In this document: positions 51,136-64,000 of the stretch, one piece after another
How positions within the stretch are numbered: the stretch's first letter is position 1
Layout of the letters: every line of letters starts with the position of its first letter
Translations under genes and position numbers: made by a program
The notes under the pieces: model-generated
Told to the model about the DNA's origin: nothing
What the model saw: the letters and a program-made list of their open reading frames with translations, nothing else
Databases searched by the model: none
Assembly: GCA_973895155.1 (NCBI GenBank)
Contig: OZ316896.1
Span: 19,208,754 to 19,272,753 of the forward strand
Direction of reading: 5' to 3'
From: Marsupella aquatica
Lineage: Eukaryota; Plantae; Marchantiophyta
DNA: 64,000 bases

Positions 51136-54100
51136 TCAACCATCACCAGACAGGTCGTCATGCAGCAGTGTATGAAAGTGATGCATCGCATGCTCAACAT
51201 TTGGTGCATAGCGTCCAACATCATAAGAAGGAGATCCAAGACCCTCCTGGACGGCTGCACACAAGGCAATGTCCTCTCGCTGCTTGTAGAGCCCGCAAAA
51301 ATCCAGAGACAGTCAACATGTTATACTGGGAAGTGTGACAGAGAAATTACTTGAAGCCATTTCTGCCTAAGATATTGAACCAAAATTTACTAGTGCATTC
51401 ATAACATGTAGAAAAAGTAGGCATACAGTTTGGCCAAACGACTGGAAGCTGCAAAAATTCCAAAAATTGTCCAATGGGAAATCACGCCAGAAATTCCAGT
51501 TACCATGCACAGTCTCACAAAATGCATATCAAAGGACGAAGAATACCTGGATAATGTCACTGCTGTCTAAACTTTCCTTGATGAAGGATTCATCGTGCTG
51601 CACAAAGAATTCAAGCAACTGTGAACAAAGTTGAACCAGCTTGCATTTACAGCTGTTGGAATAGTTTAAGGATTACCCCAGATCAAAGGATTCGGGGTTT
51701 TGAGAAGTCGGCACCCTAAACTGAAGTAAAGTAACAGAACTAACTGCGCCGTAGTACACTAGGATATTGATCAGAAAGTAGGCGAGAAGGGAAAATCTGG
51801 GTACATACTGGATATGAAGACTCCAGAAAATAGTCAAAGATAACACGGCATTGGGTTGCCGTGATGGGTAGCACCAGATTTGTGTCCATCCATGGTCCAT
51901 ATCTGTTTGTGACAGAATGCATGGGTCATTTTCCAGAGACACCGATTCGACCAAGGCACGACATTGGGCAATTTCCATACTTGACCTACCAATTGACAAT
52001 AAATGTTTGCTGCTCAGAACCTTCTCTTTCCCCATGCATACTAATTTGGACCTTTTTGGCGCATTTACTTCTGGATGAGGGTCACCACAAAGAGCGATCT
52101 CAGAGCAGGCTATTCACCGGCAGTTCCTACTGAACTCTTCGACACTTGAGAACCACAGATCGAAAATCGAAAGACAACGTCCGGAAATTCTTGCCCGGGA
52201 AAGGTGATTGACCTGTTTATAATGAAATTGGGGTACACAAAAGCATACGTAGCCGAATCCCCAACCCTCTCAGAATCTGTGTTGGTTTTTGAAGCTTGAC
52301 AGCTTTGAATGCTTACTTTCTCAGACAGCTGTAAATATGTCAAAATTCGTGTCAAACCTTCCTCTCACATTCAGCTAGCACAACGATCACTTCGCCAATC
52401 GCATAGAAAATTCTATGAAGAGAAAGAGTTTTGTAGTCCGCAGCCATGAGTTTTGGCAACCCATACATATTACTTTCCACAAACTGAAAATCATTCTTGC
52501 CGGTCTATTGGCCACCTATAATTGTTTTTCATAAATTCAAGAACCTCCATAGACCTGACCAGTGCGACAGTGCATGGAAAAGAATACCGTCGTGCAGTAT
52601 GACTTAAGATTAAGGTCTGACGCAAGCGACGGATGTGCATATGCTACGTGATAGCCACCATCCAAATAGTTGTCACAAAAAACCTGCAAGAATAAAGACA
52701 TTTTCAGAACTAAAGTAAAATCAATAGCTTTACTGAATACGATGAAGGTTTGACCCGATGTCCCAAACCTAGCGCGGTTTTCTACTAACCTTCCAGTTGC
52801 AATTCAGTGTATACGAGCGTGTTGTAATGTATCGTAGAGAGGAGTCAATCTTTGCATGAGTTAGCGCTTTAGCAGCACTTCCTAGCCATTCTTTTTCAAC
52901 ACGGCACGTTTTGGCAATATTTCCACGCTCTTCTTTCGCCTCCGTTCTGCTGTTGGTGTTTTCGCTTAACGAACTGATAAGCACAAATGGACCCCATGTG
53001 CTTGCGCGTAACGGAGAAAGGCCATTTCTCTACAACACACACAGATGTCATGTTCACTTCGTCATTCTAAAATCCTTCGGTCTAGTGTACAGAGTGCTGA
53101 GTTTCTTGTCAATTTCCCTGAGTTATCCGTGACATGACTTACCTGAGCTGAAAAGTTTTTAATGCCCCCCAAGCGTAATGCCTTCAGAAGCTTTCCATCT
53201 AAACCATAAGTCCATCCCTGTCACAAAGCCTAGACATCAGAAATTTCCATTGGTTATCTCTGCCTGGCTCACCCGAACACAAAGCATCTTGCAGCAGTAT
53301 GCAAACGACCCTACGAAACAGGGGATTCTAATTATTTTTAATGCTGAACCGGTGAGCCAACATGTCATTTACCTTCCACTACAAAGGAGGCGCCTCCTCA
53401 GCCAAGCTCTTCATTGGAACAGGTTTCAAATGAAGCAAAACTTACGAAATTGAAAAGAGGTGTGATAGGACAGTAGCTGATTACATGATATGGGCAAACA
53501 AAGGAGGAAGTGCAACCAGAGCCTGTGGCAACGGCTGCAGCATGATGACGACAGACATTGTGAAAGGCACGCACAATTCCCTGTTCATCCATGCAAACAA
53601 CATACCGCACCCTCCCCAACCTGCCTCCGTGATCACATGATCAATGCAACTGAGAATCCTTTCCAAAATCCTAAATGTAAGTGCTCCCCCTCCCTCTCCT
53701 ATTCCTCAAAATGTAAAGGATAGGTGCGGTCCGTGCCAATCGCTACCAGATAATTGATGTGATGCGTAGGGTCTCGGACATGTGCCAAGCTTCAAGGTAA
53801 GATCAAGCCCAGCTCGTCTGTTCACGCAACCTGATTAATAATCCGAAAAACTTCACACGCAAAAGTGCCAACGAACTGACATATTCTTACTTGCCGGTGA
53901 AGAAGTCTCCAGGAGATTGTAACTGCTCAACACGTCCTGTAATTGAGATCAAGCAATATCATATAGGTGCAGATAAAATACTAACACTGCTCAACTAAGA
54001 GCTTTGTGTAAGATATACAAAGAGGACCTACACCTAGCAGTTTAACTATTAAAGCAATCATCAAAGAAGCAAAAATTATTCTGTTAATAACGGACACAAC

Positions 54101-54654
54101 ACTTCCACTCCATTCGCAATTTCCAGTGGATTCCGGTGTCTCCAACGCTTTGCGGAGCCTCAGAATCTTTTGTGCATCTCACTCAATGCTTGAAAACAGA
54201 GAAGACTAAGCTCATAAAAACAATGCTCTGCCTCGAAAAGCTTGTTGGGCTTCCAGATTTAGCTTCAATTTTCTGAAGAAAAGTGCTCACCCACAGCCAG
54301 CCATTGTCTTTCAAAGATTTTCTCAAGCTCAAGGTTGAGGATGTCCGGGTTTGTGTACCAAGAGCTTGGAGGAGTCACTGCTTCCTCAACTGGCACCCCT
54401 CTTTTGAAAGCACGTATCTCCGACTGGACCCAATTCTCCCCATTCCCGCTCAGCCCTGTCATCAACTGCCTCGGAAACCCAGTGCCAAGAGCATCTGAAT
54501 GGGTCCGCCCTGGGCCAATCTTTCTACACAGGACTCCATTTCCAAATTGTCGCAATTGACTCGGGAGAACGTCATCGACGCGATGACTCGTTGGAGATAG
54601 CAGAGCGCCCAAACACTGCCTGACTGCTCCACCTCCTCCTCCTGCTCTCATCAT
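51136..54654 (-). CDS. CMO: Choline monooxygenase (Rieske non-heme iron oxygenase), about 10 exons, with N-terminal transit-peptide-like extension
   Basis: EEAVTPPSSWYT, FHNVCRHHA...FVCPYH (Rieske), CNWKVFCDNYLDGGYHVAYAH (mononuclear Fe), YAFVYPNFIINRYGPWMDTNLVLP, and VEHAMHHFHTLLH; TGA at 51136-51138. Confidence 0.93.
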
Positions 54655-55074
54655 CGTCTACTCTTCTGAAGTTGTCTAATGAGTCTGTCGATCAATACCT
54701 CGTGAGAGCAACTGCTCGAGCTGTGAATTGCGAATTGTCGGGAGCTGTGAATTGTCGAGGATTCGTCGAGTTACTTGTGTGGAGAGTTGCTCTTGGGTCT
54801 CAATCCTCAAAATTTGTAAAGTTAGTTCTTTACAATAAAAAGTCGAGTTACTTATGTGGAGAGTACCAAATTCATAGTCCATCTACATTACACCGCGTTG
54901 ATTTTTATCGGGTTCAGTAATGATTCACTGTTGCACGAACTCATAGAGGTATTTATATATTGCAAAGTGAAGGTGCTCGTTATCATTTGCCTCTTATACA
55001 ATCTTTCACTTCAAGTCGCCCTCAATTTATTCCATTGGGATGCAAATAAATACATCAGATAATTTGTGTCACTC

Positions 55075-55510
55075 GCCCAATTACCCCTTCCTTGAAAGTA
55101 TATAGATATGAAGAAAAACAATCTTGTATAATAAAATTTCTATGCTATTTGAGTTAATCTTTGCCCCATCCTCATTTTTCAGTTTTGACTTTGTTTGTAA
55201 TCAATATCATTTTTGTCCATCCTCATTTAAAGTGTTTTTTTTAGACTCATGATCACTTTTGTCTGTATTATGGGTTAATAACGATTATGGGTTAGCCCGA
55301 TTACCCGTTCCTTGAACATAAACACATATGAAGAAAAAATAATCTTGTACAATAATATTTCTATGCTATTTAGTTAATCTTTGTCCCATCCGTGTTTTTT
55401 GTCCACCCCCATTGCAGTTTTGTCTTTATTTGAAGTTAATATCATTTTTGTCCATCCTCATTTAAGTGTTTTTTGATTGAGATTCATGATCACTTTTGTC
55501 TATACTGGGG
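55075..55510. repeat. ~215-bp tandem duplication upstream of CMO
   Basis: ttacccc/gttccttgaa...atatgaagaaaaa...tttctatgctattt...aatatcatttttgtccatcctcatttaa...catgatcacttttgtct appears twice. Confidence 0.85.
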
Positions 55511-57905
55511 TTACGGTCTAGAGGCTTCACTCTAGACAGTAGGCCCTTAAGAGTAGACTTCGTTTGCGCTTTTATAGTAAAATTAGCAATGTTTCATTTC
55601 TTTTCGTCTCCCATTCCCATCCTACTTTTCCTTTTTCTTTCCCTTCCCTTTAATTTTATTGGTTTGATGGAGTTCATTGGAAAGTTTTGGGAAATCCATT
55701 TTTCTCAAAGTTTACAGTGAATAGGTCCCGAAGCTAGGCAGCACCATCTTAGGCCAAACCTACTTGAGACGACAAAATGATGGCTGAAAACCTCTTTTGA
55801 TGCAACTTAGGATGGTGATGCACCCTACTAGCCGGGCTAGTAGCACAGAAACAGCACCATGAAAATTCCAAAAGAATAGTTGACAAACTTAAAGCATAGT
55901 CAGTTCAATGTGCAAACCATCATCATTAATCATCAACATCTAATCTTGCCCATTGATCTCCTAAAAACTATTATTTCCCAAATTTTTTTAAACTTTTGGA
56001 GTAATGTGTACATTGGAACATCTGTTTTATCAAGAGGCTTAGAATGTTCTTCAAATTTAGATCACAAAATTCTTTTGGGTTTGACAAGCACTCTTCAATA
56101 TTTTGTCAGTCAGGTCCAAAATGTCAATAATTATTTCTTTATTTATATTTACAATTTTACTGGTTTGCTTTCAGAAACTTGCAGAAATTTTATGATCTAT
56201 CACTTAAAAGATGTCCAATCTATAATTTTGTATGCCCCATTGTTTGTTCTTTTAAATTTTATTTTTCAAATTCCAATCTATTTACAGTTACCAGGTTTGA
56301 TTGTTTGTCCTTGAATTGCTTCAAACATGTTTATTTATTGTTAAAAATATCATTGTTCTTGTTTGTGACCAAATGTGTGGTGTTTGTTTATTGTTGACAA
56401 CATCATAGTTACTCTTTGTGACCAAATGTGCTGATGTGGGTACAAACGTTGCCTTGGATTTTAGAATCTTGAACTTCCCCATGGGGTAAGTAATCACAAA
56501 TACAACCCCTAGCCAGGCTGGGGATGGGCTGCTGAATGGGAACATTGAGAGTTATAAATTCACCAAATCTATCCAAGGCTTTGGGTCAATACACCACTCC
56601 AGGTGGGCCCAACACCTCAAACTTGTCACCTTAATTAACATGACAAGCAGCAATTGCCACCTAACCAACTCCCCAACTGCATGTCGCTTTGCCAGTTTTG
56701 AACCTTGGACAGTTGGACTGGCACTTTGGCAGTACATCCAAAGTGTACCGCTCCTGGAACAATACACTTCTGCACGGCACTCTTTGCAACAATGGAGGTA
56801 CTGGGAGGAGGGGGTGAATGGAAATACGCTGAAAAAAATAGGCTGAAGTCAGACAGGCAAGAAAGAAAGAGGGGAAAGTTGGGTGAATGGGAAGGACTAT
56901 TGAAAGAAAAAATATTGGCTACGGTAGTGGGGATCAGAGGTGGAAGTGGAGCAGAGGAAAAGAAACACACCACTGGAGCCTAAACAAAAACACTACAAAA
57001 CTAGGGAAAGAGAGCAAAGGACTTGGCCTGCTGGCACTTTCACGCATGAAATGATCGAGTTCGCAAATTTCTTCATGCTTTTTCTCGTTGTATTGTTTAG
57101 TGCATTTTAGAATTTATGATTTACTCTAGCTTTGAGTGAGATGAAGACATGAACAACTGTAGGTCTTTGTCTCGGGGCTCAAGCTCCGGATGATTTGGCA
57201 TATAATCCTGTCTTCCTTAGTGACAGCAGGCTTTGAGATACCCAGCTCTGTTTTGTGTCACTATGCAACGAGCATGGCAAGGATACTTAATTGGTGTGCC
57301 ATCATATACACCAACCACATGCTGATCAAAAATCATTCGTAGCACGAGTAGTTAGCCTGTAACGGAATTAACAGGAGCAGAACAAGATTGCAAATGACAC
57401 ATAGAATCCCTCAGATACGTACATTAAAATCGGTCTAAGCATTGCCATAAAACTCTGCCGAGTGCAAAGTGAATTTGTTTATATTATTTCCAAAGAAATA
57501 TTATCAAAATTTAGCAGCTCCTTCTACATGACATGTAGTGTACCCAAGTATAATGAAAAGGGTACTCAAATATTCTTAGGAAGCTGCTCTCTGTGGAATG
57601 GCAGACATCATGCTATGAATATAATTGTTGGCCAACCTATACTTTTTAACTCCAAATAATCAAAGAACTGACCTAACTATGAAGCTGCCAATGTTGCAAA
57701 TCTCACGAGACCAAAAGGAGCCTCGAGGAAAAGCTGGCCAGTTCGTGGAGGGAGGTGGAAGAGGCACCCAATGTTTGCTGTATGTACTTTGAATCAATTA
57801 GGGAAAGAATGAACAAATCGTTGGTTGGAGACATTCCAGCGAAGCTGAGTGAAGCTATGAGCAATAACCACACTTTCTCAGTCTACTGAATTAGACAGTA
57901 TGTTG

Positions 57906-60900
57906 CTAGTTGAGCCACTGAGTACAACTAGTTGCTCCACATAAGCAAAGTACCTTCTTTTCTTCGGGCGCAAACCGATAGTTGTACCTGTGCAAAGCAA
58001 AAAGGAAACGAAAGACGGTTCATCAGATTATATTGCCAGAAACACAGTAGATAATTGAGAACATCCAAGCAAGCTCAGCTGTTTGACGAAGATTTTTCTC
58101 TTAGGGCGCCTACAATCCTGAGCAAACTACGTCACTGGCAAGGTGTCCAGTCTTCAACAAAAATATTTATCTTGGAGCGCTTTAAAATTCACGTCTTGTA
58201 AGAGTGAGTTCTCACGTCAGCTCTTCACCGGCTGCGACATGCGTTCTGGCAATAAGCATGATATGATGAGTCTCCTTCCCGTCCTCTTTAGTGACCTCCC
58301 ATATCTTAGCAAAGCAATTAGGAGCACACTGCAACAAAAACAAAGAGTCAAACTTTCTCAACTGACAAAAATGAATCAACGAAATGGCATATCGACAATT
58401 TCTTTGCAATTCATTAGCATATGGAGGCCAGGTACGGGTCATGAGTTCAAAATGACTTACGGAGTGATTGATTAGGCGTCCGATGTTACCCTTCTCCGTA
58501 GCATCAATCACCAAATCATCATCGTCACTCACTTTGAAGAGCTGTGTCAAGAGAATCAGCAACGAAGGCATACGGTTTATTCCAATTCACCCGAATTCAA
58601 TCACCTTTGGTGACAAAGGCTTGAAATGATCCCATCGTCAAGTGCACTATTTCACAACAAATTGAAATGCACCCTCGGTCGTCTTCCCCTTCACTAACAT
58701 TCTTCACTTCCTAACAAACCTGGGTTTAGATATCGCTGCCCGGGGTGGCAAGAAAATTGACCACCTGCAGAAATTCATGGACAGTCGGGACTTACATAGC
58801 AATCCTTTCCTTGTACATTGTACCGCTTCTCCCGCAAGTCCGCTATAATTCTTCTGACTCTTTCTCCGCGGTATTCCAGCACCTGCGAGAAAACAGAGTC
58901 AATTCGACACCCAAAAACAGTTCATCATTTTGACACCTACCTTCTAATCAGGGTAACGTTGAGAACAATCGCTTAGTTTTTTGAGAAAATCGCAACATAC
59001 CGTGCCCACCATAGGAGCCTTCAGTGTTCTAGGAATCATTGCCATGTTTAAACTGAATCAAAATCGTCCACGTACTTCCATGAAGAAAATGACGAAGGGC
59101 ATATGTTCGCAATCTTGAAAACCCATGTACAGTAGACTCTTTTGGACAGAGCTAAGAACATGCCTTGCGATGGTCCTTTCAAGGACTGAGGTAGATAAGT
59201 ATAAAACGCTAAACTCTAACCAGAACATGCTGATATTTGTAGGCACAAATTAGACGTACCGGCTCTCCCTCACTAATAGCACGACGGGCAAATAGGCCCC
59301 ATCCGTGAATTCCTGACTTCCCAAATGTCACCCGTGTTTTTTCAGTTCGCTGCACACGTTGGCAAGTAACACATGACTTAATAAGATGCATGCTTGGCGC
59401 AACTAATTCAACAAATGCCTCTCTAATATTTTGCAGGAGTGGAAGAGGGAGAAAGTGCAAAGAGAATAGGACTTCCGCGGGATCGTCAATTTATCATTGG
59501 GTTCACCAGTCAGCTTCGTCATACGCTGTAATATGTCATTTGCAAGAGCGACAAAGACTGGATCACTTGCGCTACAACCTCAGGGAATCCCGAAGACAGT
59601 GTTAAATAAACTACTTCTCGCAGAGGCTTGTGCCCCGGGATTACCCATAAAAAATATTATCAGCCCTCTGACGGCAAATAAAGGGTTTCAAGATTCGACA
59701 ATGAACCGAGATCTGATTTTATGGTTGTTCACTATCTACAATAAAAACAGTCCGTTGAATGATGGATTCTGTTCGTAAAAAGTCAAGTCAGTGGAGAAAA
59801 ACTGATCTTCACAAACCTGAAGAAAAGTAACTCGTTGTTCCATCATTGCCCCTGGATCCAGCTCCTCAAATTCCTGCACGCAGTGAATCTCTTCAGAAAA
59901 TTTTCATGGTAACTTTTGGTTTCAGTTGGGCCTTAATGTGCAATTTGAACGTACAGAGCCTTGTGCGATTCCCATTGAGGATCGAAAGACAGACCTGATA
60001 CTGCTCCACGACCATTAAAGGAAACAGATTATGTGATTCTCTGAGAAAGTAAATTTGTTTCTTGCACCGGAACAAACAAGAATCGCACAGGAATTTGATC
60101 AGGAACAAATTGAATGAAAATGCCAACTACATTTCGAATTGAACAATGCTGACCCAGGTCGATCAAATAGCTAAAGTCCATGAGAACTGTTGCTCACCCT
60201 GAGAGAGCTCACGTGCTCCGGTAAATTCCAGCTACACCCTGACACTCGATAAGGAATTCCCTTTCCCCTTCTTTCCTGCAGAAATCAGCAGTGTTAGCTT
60301 GAGTCTCGGTTCATAAACACATCGCATCTAACCAATGCGATCTTGACAAAAGATTCAGGAGTACTTTCTGATTGGACAAGCTTGCCTTGTACTTCGATGC
60401 CCTGTCCTGAGGACAGTATGGTCGGCATCGTGCAGCTGTGGTATCGTCACCAACGTTAGCACTCTCAACAGTAGCATCCACACTGCAAGAGGCAGCGTTT
60501 GTAGCTACCAAGCTAACCAAACTCTCCGGAACTCGTGAGTTCGGTTGATTTCTCGTTTCAGCAAGCTTCCCTTCAGACGACTTCAGAACAATAAACATAT
60601 CCGGATTGGGATCTCTGTACATACGTTTAGATGATAAGAAAACCACAATCAATACGTATTAGACATGCCTGCAACCCTATCAACAGAATACATAGATATG
60701 TCAAGTTACTCCCAACCATACGTAATAATTTCGTCCATTACATTCAATTTCCCACAGATGCCACAGGACATTCTGAATATCAAATTAACTTCGATAACTA
60801 CGACTTTCAGACTGTGTCTGGGAAAAAACGCAGCAAAGACGATCTGCACCTGTGCTTAGCACAATATGTGATCATCCGGGTCATTGGCACTCCGCTCTTG

Positions 60901-63900
60901 TTGTTCACACTTTGGATCTGTCCATGAAAAAATGAGACGTCATTTGTGGGCAACACCCAAATCTTCAAACAGAACTTAAATTTAGTTTAAAACGCACTTA
61001 GACACAGACAAGGACACACAGATAAAACTCACCACAAGTTTAAAAAAATTCCCTAGGGCCAACTGCAGCTAGAAGAATGGCATGGACAATATGGTTAGAG
61101 ACAATGAACTGAAATTATCATGGATGGGTACCTCCATATGATATCCGGCTTTGAAAGCACACATAGTGTGGTACGGTGTTCTGCATTTTGCACAATGTGC
61201 ACACGCTCCGTGGACCTGCTTGCATAGTGTACACACCTGTCCCCATAAAGGCCGAACATCAGGCTTCACATAAAAAGTAAAAGTAACGCAGTGTCATCAG
61301 ATTATTTGCAACATGAACGAGCGATTGTTATGCCCACCCGTGCACGTCTGGACACCTTCTTCTATGGGTCCACCAAAATACTGATTGGAACAGACAAGGA
61401 CTCCATCGGTTCAACTGATGAAGGACACTATCGGGACTCATGTAGATAAGCGATTTATCAGGAGCAAAGCCCATTGAATTGGCAAGAACTTTAAATGGAA
61501 GATACAACTGCAGCTCGCTTTGGCCCAGACAATCGTCACTAATTCTAGAAAATTGAGGAGCTCACCTCGCTGAAACGAGCGAGGGGAATACTGGTCACCC
61601 CATCTGCTGGCTCCATGACAGTCGCATCTGTGAATGTCACTTCTGGCATGAACCAGGCACAAGTGACATGTATCCACAGATTCTCGGTAGTTGTTGGCTT
61701 AAGTGCACCGCCTGGATATACGGCAGTCAAGAGTGCTCAACAATTGAGATAATTTATATACATCACAGCAAGCGAATTAAAGCGCAATCACAACACATTC
61801 AACGAATTTAAGTAAGCCAGGACCCAAGTGATCATAAGACCAGGCCATATACAGAGACTCGGAAGTGTAGAAATCGGTAATCAGAGAACGTTGACAGCAC
61901 CAATGGTAAGCCACGTACATTATACACCACATGCTCTGATCCCAACTAGATGTCGAATGAAATGACAGACAATCTCTGGAGCTACTCACCCTTCACAGGG
62001 CACAGACAGCATTGTCGCTCTGTCTCAGGTGTTTCGCAGGCTCGGCAAACCCATGAGCTAGGTGTGATATTTGCAGCCCTGACTCCATAGCACTCCTCGT
62101 GTACAGCAACTTGGCACCTGAAGTTTAAGACCAACAACGTCTCTTCGATCCAATCAAAACTCATGAAGACAAACAACTGAGTCTTTAGATGGACTAGACG
62201 TAGAGCAGACTGCATACACATGGTATATTCTATTGCCTACCGTAGGGGCTACCTCCATCAGCCCCGCATCTAATTCATGCATCAAATCAGGCACTGAGCG
62301 TCACCCTTAGACCCAACACATGGGAAATGATCCAACAGCGTCTTCACTCTTGACACCTATGCTCCATACAAACCATGGTGGAGGCACCAAACGGAGCCAA
62401 CGCTCCATCATAGAGCAAAATTCGGCAATAGCAATTGAAAGTTGAGAGACTTTTCCCGTGTAGCGTTAGTATTGTACCTGATGCAAATTATCATCTTATT
62501 ATAGTCGTAATCCTCAACCCATCGACAGATCCCGCATCTCTCGGAAGTCCAAGTTGTAACGACAGGTTCATAGGGAACTGTACACGAAGGGTACTGTGAG
62601 CAATTGCACGAGAAATGGCATTCTGTTGACACTCAGACACAAGAATTCTACGATCAGCACCACGTCGCAGATGATTGAACTGTGAATAATACCTTCCAAG
62701 CACGCTGCGAGTTCTTCGTGGCGCAGCTTTGGAGGGACCCAGACCTCAGGTCCATTGTAAGCAAGGGCCAAAGCACCACCATTCCGCATAAATTGAAGCT
62801 GCAACTAACATTCGATGAATCAGGATTCTCAATTTAGACATGTAGATTCGTGCGTTTGTTCCACTGTCAATAAAACCAATCCGCACTCCCTCTTGTGTTC
62901 TTTAGACAATATGAAGAGACCTTCAAGAGACCTTTCAGAAGCCATAAAGTACCAGACTGTTGCTAAAGAAAGGAACAAACCCAAGAAAGGAGAGTCCTCT
63001 GCATATGCGTCACTTTTATACTCTCTTTCCACTTCTTTTTCCGACAGCCGGTATGCTTCTCCCATTCTGACGGTCTCATCGGCTTTTTCTTTTCCCCGCA
63101 CGCCTCACATTTGCAAACAATCCTGCCATCAGATTCTCCAAGGACGTGAGGACGTGAACTAGCTTAATCTCTATACACAACAACTTCTCGCAATGTCGGG
63201 CAAGCTCACGCGCGAACATTATACAACGACTTATAATAGGAAATTTCACAGTTTCTTCCAACATTTCCTGGACACTAACCCACCGACTCTCACGTTGAAA
63301 TGAAGAACGTCTCAGAACATCGAATATTCCCAATGAAGTATTAAGAGCTACACGATACAGAAAAAATTAAAATTGAGTATAAGCAAGACAGAATACTGAC
63401 TCATGAATTTTGGGATGATAGTTTCCGAGCATGCCGGAGCAGATAACTTCAAGCGAATCAGGAATAGCAAATTGAGTAACTTGAACAGGAGTTCTGCAAG
63501 TTTTCATATAAACAGATCACAACTGTCAGGAAATGAACAAATACTACATAACAAGCATAATCATTTCAAGCCACGCAGTAGCCCACATGTACGCCACATA
63601 ATTGGCTTCCCTCTAGACGCTGAAAAACATTCACGGAACCCGATCCATTCCAACAGTACAAATACATGTATCACCGTACGGTTAGTCTACAAGAGACTTC
63701 AGGTGCTACTAAGCTTTATTCTCGGTGAATAAGGAGACCCCTCTCTGATACTGCTTGAACGGACAACTCGAGAATGCAAGTCTTTGTTCGGGAATTCGAG
63801 GAGTCCAATATCAACACGTAAGTGATCTTAACTCTCTCAGATGTAATAAAGCTTAGGAAGATTATGCAGTTAATCGCCATGGTCCTATTAAATTCAGCGA

Positions 63901-64000
63901 TTCAGGCTCTTAAACATTCACGCCTTCAAAGTTCTTAGAGACTCTGATCTCTTTGAAATCTCGATGTACAAACCTCTCCTTCGGTTTAGGCACCTCCAAC
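57906..64000 (-). CDS. ATX3/4/5-like: ATX3/4/5-type trithorax histone H3K4 methyltransferase (PHD, ePHD, SET, post-SET), multi-exon, 5' part beyond window
   Basis: [31 protein letters not shown]...[20 protein letters not shown]...[71 protein letters not shown]; stop at 57906. Exons above ~62600 were not resolved. Confidence 0.92.

Noticed and set aside
56991-57000. CACTACAAAA resembling a CACTA terminus
   Set aside because: No matching inverted end or subterminal repeats were found.

Overview
Eukaryotic, intron-containing, TE-rich plant DNA. A non-seed land plant such as a liverwort or other bryophyte is my inference, and the species cannot be fixed from the sequence. Host genes: two intronless FSH1/OVCA2-type serine hydrolases in an inverted duplication (7178-7900 +, 31590-32312 -), a DUF2921 membrane protein, a 3-exon GA20ox-like 2-oxoglutarate dioxygenase, choline monooxygenase, and the 3' part of an ATX3/4/5-type PHD-SET methyltransferase. 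Mobile DNA: Gypsy remnants with a nested solo LTR, a Helitron end next to a captured mevalonate diphosphate decarboxylase exon, and a full-length Copia (PBS, PPT, 5-bp TSD) with a MITE in one LTR. The most notable item is what the Copia landed in. Removing it restores one ~570-codon, intron-containing frame for a Crypton-type (DUF3504-like) tyrosine recombinase. This ~3-kb element sits in a repeated A-B unit, and an uninterrupted copy of that unit is also in the window. All family calls come from reading motifs by eye, and no searches were run.
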